Shown here one piece after another: positions 27,625-34,718 of a stretch of 34,718 nucleotides of DNA (positions are counted from its first letter, which is position 1; every line of letters starts with the position of its first letter). The notes under the pieces are model-generated. The model did no database searches. It was given only the letters and a program-made list of their open reading frames with translations, and was not told the origin of the DNA. Source of the DNA: Bdellovibrionota bacterium (GTDB taxonomy: Bacteria > Bdellovibrionota_C > UBA2361 > JBGSMV01); NCBI GenBank assembly GCA_044356455.1, contig JBIKWF010000039.1:1-34718 (forward strand), in the 5' to 3' direction. A program made the position numbers and the translations under genes.

Positions 27625-27886
27625 CGTAGTTCTCCTGTTTGAATTTCAATCTGTTTTCACCCTGAGTTCCGAAAGAATTCAGGAAGAGTTCAGAGATGCA
27701 TTCACGACGTGGCTACTCTAGTGGGGATTGAGAGGACTTGTGAAATCACTCTTAGTTGGCACGAATCTTTGGTGCTGTTTTCGTTGAATTTGACAAAAAG
27801 TGGGCGAAGCTACCCCGGGGTAGGGACGGGGGAGCTCACCACAGCGGACGCGAAGGGACACTGTGGTGCGTTAAGAATTGAGGTTT

Positions 27887-28108
27887 TTAAAGGGATTCGC
27901 GATAGCGCAGATGGTCGCGGTAGAGCTGCTCTACTCGTGTTCGGGCCCAGGGCGTGCGCCTCAGGAAGTTTAGACTCGAAGAAACGCTCGGGTCAAAGCG
28001 AAAGCAGTTTACAGGAATCTCCTTGGCAAGCGCTTCCCAGCCGTAGGCCGAGACAAGCTCTTCCACAATCATTTTTAGAGTTTTCCCCTCAAGCGGATCC
28101 TTCGGCAT
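27887..28108 (-). CDS. VF530/DUF2132 family DNA-binding protein
   Basis: PLEGKTL...LV..YGW..L...IPVNCF..DPSVSSSLNFLRRTPWAR.RVEQLY signature; ATG 28108. Confidence 0.92.
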   Translation of the reverse strand: MPKDPLEGKTLKMIVEELVSAYGWEALAKEIPVNCFRFDPSVSSSLNFLRRTPWARTRVEQLYRDHLRYRESL

Positions 28109-28201
28109 GACTTCTACTGCGATAACTACTCTTTCCACAGTTGCCAAGCACTACCGCGGCAGGAGCTGCAGCAGCCGAGCGCTCCGAGGTCCGTGAGGTG
28201 T

Positions 28202-28801
28202 TTAACCCATTTGAGTCAGTACGCGTACCGGTGCGCCAGTGAATGATGAGACTACAGGTACAGGTCCGGGGCCAAAGGTGCGATCAATTAATGTTGCCCA
28301 GCAAAGCACCTTAATTCCCCGTAAGGTCGCTTTAGTGTGCGCTTCGATACTCGATCGCGCGGTGGTGATAACATCAGTGACAAGAATGGCATTTTTGCCT
28401 TTGTACTTCTCACCGTGACCATTTGAAAGTTTTGCCTCTACGTATTGCTCCAGCGGGATATCTCCCGCTTCGGGGTAGAGTTCGGCGTACATGGCGCAAA
28501 GACGCTCAGCGAAGAAGGTGTAGCCGCCGGGAAGTTTTAAAAACACGTGGGGCACGGAAGGGGAGAGCGAGTTACGAATGCGCCTTGCCACGTATTCTGC
28601 GCATGAGTTCAAGTCGGCTTCAGTGAGATACTCTACTCGGTAGTACACATTACTTTCGCAGCGTCCCCCGATTGGCACGGGCACTTCATAACGCTCAGTA
28701 ATGCGCTCAAAAATCTCGCTGATATCGTCCATCGAAACCATGTGTAGTACCTCAAGCTTGTGCGGCATCAAGCTGCCAATCAAAGATTCACTAATGGCCA
28801 A
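28202..28801 (-). CDS. Type I phosphoribosyltransferase-like protein (PyrE-like, divergent)
   Basis: AILVTDVITTARS resembles the PRPP loop VDDVITTGGS; GRCESNVYY; LIDR. Confidence 0.7.
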   Translation of the reverse strand: MAISESLIGSLMPHKLEVLHMVSMDDISEIFERITERYEVPVPIGGRCESNVYYRVEYLTEADLNSCAEYVARRIRNSLSPSVPHVFLKLPGGYTFFAERLCAMYAELYPEAGDIPLEQYVEAKLSNGHGEKYKGKNAILVTDVITTARSSIEAHTKATLRGIKVLCWATLIDRTFGPGPVPVVSSFTGAPVRVLTQMG

Positions 28802-28950
28802 CTAGTATGCCCTCGGTGCGCGCAATGCCGAAGCAGTCTAGCACAGCTTGATTCTATGACACCAACACTCAAAATGTGGTCGTCAAAGAGGCGGTAATCG
28901 AGAGGCCTCTCCCGAGGTTGCCGGGGGCCCAACTTCGCCGAGACGCAAGA

Positions 28951-29024
28951 CTACCGAGGCCCAAACCTACCGAGACCCAAACCTACCGAGACCCAAACCT
29001 ACCGAGACCCAAACCTACCGAGAC
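28951..29024. repeat. 16-bp tandem repeat (CTACCGAGACCCAAAC) x about 4.6
   Basis: Units start at 28951, 28967, 28983, 28999, with a partial one at 29015; a degenerate unit precedes them. Confidence 0.92.
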
Positions 29025-29551
29025 ACTGAGCTTGAAGCGCTAATCGCATAGGATAAAGAGGCTGACTGGTTCTCTGCCTTTGAGAAGAAAGTGTCGAGCT
29101 GGGATGTAATAAGGCTCGGCGAAACTTCGGAGAGGTCATACAAGGATTTGAGGCGTTCAAGGCCCGAAACTGCCTGGCTAGGGTTCTCTCGAACAAACCC
29201 TATGGCAATGTCAGTCACCTTTGAGGCGTCTTTCCAGCCTTGGACGTACCCCGCTACAAATTGCATTTTTTGGTCCCGCGTCAGGAGTTTCCAGACTGGA
29301 TAGATCGCCTTGCCGGGGCTCTGCTCTTCGCCACTACTTTGCTCCGCATAGAGAGGGGTCGGGGAGAAGGGGCCAGCGGCGAGGTCACTTAGGGGGAGGT
29401 TTAGCGGCAGGGAACTGCCTAGGGCGCTTAAAAAGGCAGTTGCAGCCAGCACTCGGGTGGTCTGGCGAAGGGGCCGAAAGCCCCAACCGCCTAGCATCTT
29501 TAGACTTTGGGCCGCCTGGCGAGATACCGGTATATAGACCATGGTTTGCAC
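29015..29551 (-). CDS. Hypothetical secreted helical protein
   Basis: GGAGG SD + ATG, signal-like segment, W..L..DQKMQFVAGY..GW motif. Confidence 0.7.
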   Translation of the reverse strand: MQTMVYIPVSRQAAQSLKMLGGWGFRPLRQTTRVLAATAFLSALGSSLPLNLPLSDLAAGPFSPTPLYAEQSSGEEQSPGKAIYPVWKLLTRDQKMQFVAGYVQGWKDASKVTDIAIGFVRENPSQAVSGLERLKSLYDLSEVSPSLITSQLDTFFSKAENQSASLSYAISASSSVSR

Positions 29552-29652
29552 ACCTCCAGAAACCTCGCTACTATACGAAAGTAGCGTAACAGCGCAAGAA
29601 CACCAAGTTTTTTAGTATTTTGGTTGAATCTGCATTTGAGGGAGCCGTCTCT

Positions 29653-30834
29653 GTGGTGACTGGTTTTGCTGTAAAAATTATCCGTAAGCCAACGAGGGCA
29701 GTGACCTGCCGCGATCTCACCATTGGGGCAGGGCACCCCATCGCGGTGCAGTCAATGTGCGCCACGCATACACAAGATATTGCGGCTACGTTGAATCAGA
29801 TTTCGCTTTTGCTCGACCACGGCGCCGATGTGGTGCGGGTAGCTGTTGATAGTAAAAAGGATGTTGAAGCTCTGAGCGTGATTCGCGGTAAGACCAACGC
29901 GCGCCTCGTGGTGGATCTTCAAGAGAGCTATCAGCTTATAGAGAAGGTAGCGCCCTACGTTGATGGAATTCGCTATAACCCAGGGCATTTGCATCATCAC
30001 GAGAAAGAGATTCCGGTAAGGGAAAAGGTTTCTCGTATTGTACAGAGCGCGCGCCAGCACTCCTGCGCCCTGCGCATTGGGGTCAATTTTGGTTCTCTTG
30101 ATCCTGCACAAAAGGAAGCGGGAGTTGACCGCTTCGAATCGGCGCTCGCTTCGGCGCGAGAGCATGTGGGGTACATGGAAGAGCTCGGGTTTGCAAATTA
30201 CGTGGTATCCCTCAAAAGCTCCGATCCGAACGATGTGATAGATATTAATCGGCGTTTTGCCGATGAATTCCCCTTTATCCCCTTGCATCTAGGAGTAACG
30301 GAAGCGGGCATGCTCCCCATGGGGGAGATTAAGACGAGGGTAGCTTTCGAGAACCTCTTGGCCCAAGGAATTGGCGATACTATCCGCGTATCCCTGACGC
30401 TACCTTTTGACCGCAAGTATGAAGAAATCCTTGTCGGTAAGAAGATAGTCGAAGATGTGTATGCGGGGCGCTTTCGATCGGTCCCTCGTTTCGAGCAGAA
30501 CGGAATCAATATAATTTCGTGCCCTTCGTGTTCAAGAGTCGAGAACTTACAGTTCGTTGAGCTTGCTGAGAAAGTTCGTGACCTTACTAAATACGCAGAG
30601 AAGGAGAACGTAACCATTGCGGTTATGGGATGCCGCGTGAATGGTCCAGGAGAGAGCGATGACGCGGATCTTGGGCTTTGGTGTGCGCCTAAGCACGTTA
30701 ATTTCAAGCGCAAGGGCGAGCTTCTTGGCACCTTTAGCTATGAGGAAATCGTTCCGCGGTTTCTCAGTGAACTCGACAAGATTATTGCAGATCGTAAGCA
30801 AGGTGGTGCGGTTGATCAGGCCGGGGTTAATTAG
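29653..30834 (+). CDS. ispG: (E)-4-hydroxy-3-methylbut-2-enyl-diphosphate synthase
   Basis: [75 protein letters not shown] before GTG 29653 (ORF open from 29620). Confidence 0.96.
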   Translation: MVTGFAVKIIRKPTRAVTCRDLTIGAGHPIAVQSMCATHTQDIAATLNQISLLLDHGADVVRVAVDSKKDVEALSVIRGKTNARLVVDLQESYQLIEKVAPYVDGIRYNPGHLHHHEKEIPVREKVSRIVQSARQHSCALRIGVNFGSLDPAQKEAGVDRFESALASAREHVGYMEELGFANYVVSLKSSDPNDVIDINRRFADEFPFIPLHLGVTEAGMLPMGEIKTRVAFENLLAQGIGDTIRVSLTLPFDRKYEEILVGKKIVEDVYAGRFRSVPRFEQNGINIISCPSCSRVENLQFVELAEKVRDLTKYAEKENVTIAVMGCRVNGPGESDDADLGLWCAPKHVNFKRKGELLGTFSYEEIVPRFLSELDKIIADRKQGGAVDQAGVN

Positions 30835-30968
30835 GCAAGCTCTGAAAAAATCTGCTCTGTGAACTCTGTGCCCTCTGTGGTTGATTTAGATTGTTGAAAA
30901 ACCACAGAGGGCACAGAGAACACGGAGGGAAAGAAATAAAATATCTTGGTTTTTCAGAGATTCCTTAG
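30831..30968. mobile_element. MITE-like palindromic element (CACAGAG core, reverse orientation) at the ispG stop, TTAG on both flanks
   Basis: TTAG-GCAAGCTCTGAAAAA...TTTTTCAGAGATTCC-TTAG. Confidence 0.85.
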
Positions 30969-31056
30969 GCAACCCCTGAAAACGTTACCTTAGTGTTCTT
31001 AGTGGTTTTTTTAACAACCACTAAGACCACTAAGAAGAGGGTATTTGAGGATTTCC
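30969..31056. mobile_element. Second, degenerate element in tandem (CTTAGTG/CACTAAG core)
   Basis: GCAACCCCTGAAAAC...CTTAGTGTTCTTAGTGGTT..AACCACTAAGACCACTAAG...TTTGAGGATTTCC. Confidence 0.65.
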
Positions 31057-31140
31057 GTACGTACGAGGTGGGCGATTTCTTATTGTACCGCCCGGGCGAC
31101 GAGTAGCGTAAGGTTGTGAGAAGGGGTTAGGGCAGGGATC

Positions 31141-33774
31141 ATGGCTGAGGACGAGAAAGGCGGGGCAGGTGAACAGCTTCGGGGGTTGGCCCTTGGATCT
31201 GGCAGCAGACTTGCGGATCTCGGCACGATTGTTAATCCCGAAGAGCTTCCGCCTGAGCAGCGTAATATTGTTGACCGCTACATCCGTATTACCCGAGATG
31301 GTTCCTTTCTCGGCGTGCTTGTGGGCGTCATGCGCGGTGATTCGTCCTGGGATTTAAGACCAATTCTTCTCGACACAGGAGCGGAAAGACGCGGTACTCT
31401 GCACCTTCTTCGCATGGCTGACCCCGAAGCCTTTCTCTCGGGCCCGCGAAAACAATTTTTTGATGATACGTTTGCGGCGATACAACGTTGCACGGAAGCT
31501 GCGCAGCCGCGCGCAGTGGGGGCGTATGCCTGGGGAGAGGCGCAAGGGCAGTTCTGGATTCGGCGAAAGTTCTATCAGCGCACCCTGGCAGATGTTCTGG
31601 GGCCAGATCAGGGGGCAGGGAAGGATTTTGCTGCGGTTCCCTTTGCTCAGCGCGTTATTGCGGCTCTCGCAGCTTTGCACCGAGCAGGTGGCGTGCACGG
31701 ACATCTAAGCCCCGATAATATTGCGGTCGACGAAGACCATGCGGTGCTTCTTGATTATGCATTCACTTCAGTGGTCGGTGTCCGGCGTAGTGCATCGGCC
31801 TATCTTGCTCCTGAGGCACAGCCGAGTAGTCCTCCCACTACCGCTGCCGATATCTATGGGCTCGGCAACGTACTTCGGCGTATCCTTTCCGAGAGCTTAA
31901 GCAGCGAACATCGCGAGTTCCTGGACCTCATGTCGCACCCTGATCCTGCAAAGCGCCCGGCTCTGAAGGCAGTCGAGGAGCGCTTTGTCCCAAGCCATCG
32001 TAACCGCCAGTCCTCGTCAAAGCTCATTGGTGGGCTGCCTGCGGGCAAAGTGAAAAGCGGAAAACTTCTCTCAAATTCAGCCCTAGCGGAGGCTTCGGCC
32101 GCTCAAGCCGAGAAGGTGAATTCACCAGCGGCGGGCTCTGATAATGGGGGGAGCGCTCGTGGTGCCGAAGAGAAAGGTGCAAGTGAAAAGTTTGATGAGC
32201 CTCGTGCGAGCAGCCGCCCTGCAGCACCTCGCAAGGATCTCATGCTGCCGCTCAGGGACCTGCTCTTCCGGGCGAGAGCGAGTCTTCAGAAGGTCTCGCC
32301 TCGGGCGAGAAATAGTTTTTTAGGGGCGCTTCTACTCGCTGCCCTTGTGGGAGTAGGAGCTGCATGGTGGGAGCCCCATGAAGCGCGGGTCGCGCGCTTT
32401 CAGGAGTTGTGGTCGAGCGCCGATGAAGAACAAAGAAGGCTCGCCGTTACCGCCGCCGTGGTTGACCAAGATGAGGTGGCGCAAGAGGTGATTGCTCAGG
32501 ATGTGATTGAAGGGAAGGGGCGCCCTCAAATTCGTACAGGACTTGTGCGGACTGCTTTTAATTCTCTCTGGAGAGAGGAGCTCTCTGCGAGCGATAAGCA
32601 GCAGGTTCTTGCGTTTGCCCTTTCACCCATGCTTGCTGGTCAGACCCCAGTGCTTTCTCCACTTAAGGATGCGCATCCTGGAGTGCAGCTGGCAGTGGTA
32701 GGCGATCTCAATTTTGCGTTAAGTGAAGGGCAATTTAGTGATCTGCCTCTTTCATCGCTTGAAAAGTTACCGGCTCCTTTTGGCCCTGCGTTCTCGGAGC
32801 TCTCAAAACTTGGTGTAAAGAACATGAGTGAGCTCCCGGCCCGAGCCCTGGCTCATCTCGTCGTCGGAAACTTTTCTGAAAATGCGGTGCCCCTTTTTGT
32901 GGGAGTCGAAAACTCGGAAGCCGACTTTCTCGCCCGAGTTTTAGTGATCGCTCCCTTTGCGGACGCCTATCCTGCGCTGGCTGACGAGTTGGTCCGCATC
33001 ATGCTTGGACGCGACGATAGATTCTCACGGCGCATCGAGTGGTTCCGCGCAGATCCGGGCAGCCAGTGGGTTGCCTTGCCTGCAAGGGACCAGGTGCTTT
33101 GCGCCATTGGAATGATGCCGCAGACAAAATTGAGTCTTGAGCAGCTCGCAGATTTGTTAACCTTTCCTGCCGCGCGCGTGCGTAGCTCGGCGGTTGAGCT
33201 TCTTAACAAGGAGTTCACCGCGAAGAGAATCGGCGGGACGTTAGAGTTTCTCGCGAGCGATCAAAATCGCTTCACGCGCCCTCAAGTGGTGCTTTTGATG
33301 AGTGCCCTTAGTCTCAGGCAGAGAGAACCTCAGAACGAGGCAGTAGGCTCTTTTCTTGCTACCTGGTTTAATACGAGGCCAGACCCCCAAAGTGTGCTTG
33401 GGCTACTTGCCTCACGGCGAGAGGTTGAAGCAGGCGATCCACTGAGCCTAGAAAGTGCAAGATTCCTCTCCAATAAGGATTGGGAGGCTTCGCTTCAGCA
33501 GCTCCGAGACTTGGTGCTCCACTCTGAAAAGCTCGCTCGCGCTCTTGCCTATTCGCGCCTCGACGCCAATCTGCCTGACGAAGCAAAATTGCTGGAGGAG
33601 GGTATGAAGAATGAGAGTGACCCGCGCCTGCGTGAGCAGATTCAGGGTAAGCTGAAGAGCGCAAAAATTCTCTCGGGGTTACCGACGCCTAGCCCTGAAC
33701 TTCTGCAGCCCCTGCCGGAGGAGCCCTCAGACACGAGTGCCGAGGATGACGAAGTCCTCGATAGCCCCTTATAG
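31141..33774 (+). CDS. Membrane protein with a Hanks-type (pseudo)kinase domain, one TM and a helical C-terminal region
   Basis: LAALHRAGGVHGHLSPDNI, LLDYA, YLAPE, AADIYGLG, DPAKRP; TM FLGALLLAALVGVGAAWW. Confidence 0.82.
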   Translation: MAEDEKGGAGEQLRGLALGSGSRLADLGTIVNPEELPPEQRNIVDRYIRITRDGSFLGVLVGVMRGDSSWDLRPILLDTGAERRGTLHLLRMADPEAFLSGPRKQFFDDTFAAIQRCTEAAQPRAVGAYAWGEAQGQFWIRRKFYQRTLADVLGPDQGAGKDFAAVPFAQRVIAALAALHRAGGVHGHLSPDNIAVDEDHAVLLDYAFTSVVGVRRSASAYLAPEAQPSSPPTTAADIYGLGNVLRRILSESLSSEHREFLDLMSHPDPAKRPALKAVEERFVPSHRNRQSSSKLIGGLPAGKVKSGKLLSNSALAEASAAQAEKVNSPAAGSDNGGSARGAEEKGASEKFDEPRASSRPAAPRKDLMLPLRDLLFRARASLQKVSPRARNSFLGALLLAALVGVGAAWWEPHEARVARFQELWSSADEEQRRLAVTAAVVDQDEVAQEVIAQDVIEGKGRPQIRTGLVRTAFNSLWREELSASDKQQVLAFALSPMLAGQTPVLSPLKDAHPGVQLAVVGDLNFALSEGQFSDLPLSSLEKLPAPFGPAFSELSKLGVKNMSELPARALAHLVVGNFSENAVPLFVGVENSEADFLARVLVIAPFADAYPALADELVRIMLGRDDRFSRRIEWFRADPGSQWVALPARDQVLCAIGMMPQTKLSLEQLADLLTFPAARVRSSAVELLNKEFTAKRIGGTLEFLASDQNRFTRPQVVLLMSALSLRQREPQNEAVGSFLATWFNTRPDPQSVLGLLASRREVEAGDPLSLESARFLSNKDWEASLQQLRDLVLHSEKLARALAYSRLDANLPDEAKLLEEGMKNESDPRLREQIQGKLKSAKILSGLPTPSPELLQPLPEEPSDTSAEDDEVLDSPL

Positions 33775-33933
33775 CTCCCGTAGAATAGCAATTCTTTCTG
33801 CCGATCCCTGTGGCCTCTCTGCGCTATGTCCTTGGGAGAGCCTCCGAGCCACTCCTGCGCATCATTGGAGGTGGTTCACCTTCCTTCTCGGGCGGTCTCG
33901 AGCGGGGTTGGGCTATCATACGTGAGAAAGCCA

Positions 33934-34437
33934 ATGAGCAGGATTTCAGAAGGTTTGCAGAACGAGTTCCATGAGCCTGAGGTAACGGCGCCCTCGGTCA
34001 TCCCGGATTTGCTGCGCCGTGCGCGCAATGAACGCATGCTTAAGCGCTACGAATCATTTACTCCAAGTCGGTGCACTATCTTAGTTCTTGAAGAGAATCG
34101 GCAGAGACAAGAGGAGCTGTGTGAACTGCTTCGTAGCGTTGGCCTTATGCCGGTCGCGGCAACCACGGCAACGGAGGCTTTGGAGACCATGGTTCGGCGC
34201 TTTGTAGATCTTGTAGTGTGCGGGCCAAGTCTGCCTGATATGAGCGGGTTTGAATTCACCAAGGAACTCAAATCGCTTCGCTGTGTTCCCGCGCATGAGC
34301 CGATTTCTGTCATTCTTCTTGCGTCTTCCGATAGCAACTCTGCTCAGGAGGCGCTCCGTTCAGGGGCCGATTTGGTGTGTTTAGCTGAGCGGACCGCGAC
34401 AATGCTTTTGCCGCAGGTGCTCTTTTTGCTCAGGTAA
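33934..34437 (+). CDS. Atypical response-regulator receiver protein (no phospho-acceptor Asp)
   Basis: ILVLEEN, EALE, DLVVCGPSLPDMSGFEF, VILLAS, ALRSGAD. ATG 33934 (ORF open from 33826). Confidence 0.8.
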   Translation: MSRISEGLQNEFHEPEVTAPSVIPDLLRRARNERMLKRYESFTPSRCTILVLEENRQRQEELCELLRSVGLMPVAATTATEALETMVRRFVDLVVCGPSLPDMSGFEFTKELKSLRCVPAHEPISVILLASSDSNSAQEALRSGADLVCLAERTATMLLPQVLFLLR

Positions 34438-34467
34438 TGGGCGTCTGGTCCTTGGGGTTCTGAAAAT

Positions 34468-34703
34468 TTGGTTTGGCACGCCTTACCTCGGTGTGCAGTG
34501 TCTTGGTAGGGCGCCGGGTCCCTCCGGTGCTGCAAGATCTTTCGACCTGGCCCGTACATGTATTTGTCCGCTTCATTGCACGAGAACCGCTAGGGCTCAA
34601 AGATTGCCCGCAACGTTTGGTTCGGCACGCCGGGGACGGCGCGCCCTACCCATTGGCGAAGCATCTTGGTAGGCCGCGCCGTCCCCGGCGTGCCGAGAGA
34701 TCT
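34468..34703. repeat. GTAG-type REP cluster (REPIN/BIME-like)
   Basis: GGTAGG-led GC palindromes at 34505-34532 (+), 34623-34650 (-) and 34668-34695 (+), with shared flanks TCTTGGTAGG and TTGGTTYGGCACGCC. Confidence 0.8.
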
Positions 34704-34718
34704 GCCGGCGCATCCCCA

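Noticed and set aside
28951..29024. CRISPR array or iterons
   Set aside because: Contiguous 16-bp units without spacers and no rep gene nearby.

Overview
A ~34.7-kb bacterial chromosomal segment of moderately high GC with no rRNA, tRNA, CRISPR array, transposase or phage genes. Recognisable genes: an EamA/DMT transporter, fadJ-type beta-oxidation alpha subunit, SAMHD1/COG1078-like HD phosphohydrolase, RibBA-like protein, HxGH cytidylyltransferase-like enzyme, PRMT-like methyltransferase, FlhB-C-like protein, MerR-like and tandem Lrp-like regulators, NAGPA-family glycosidase, elaA, an IMPase-GNAT fusion, a TlpA lipoprotein, VF530/DUF2132, a PRTase-like protein, ispG, a membrane pseudokinase and an atypical receiver, plus many orphan ORFs. 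The most interesting signal lies outside these annotations. (1) A family of about 90-180 bp palindromic elements has IS5-like termini and YTAR flanks around interchangeable 9-nt-period repeat cores; most sit on stop codons, and there is one nested insertion and one apparent core inversion. (2) A probable sigma54-driven ~230-nt structured sRNA. (3) A complete Ile/Leu/Val leader-peptide attenuator with no ilv/leu genes downstream. (4) Several pseudoenzymes, including a RibBA with both active sites degenerate, coupled to the HD hydrolase. (5) An 856-aa protein containing five copies of an unrecognised ~82-aa repeat. All calls come from reading motifs by eye; no searches were run.
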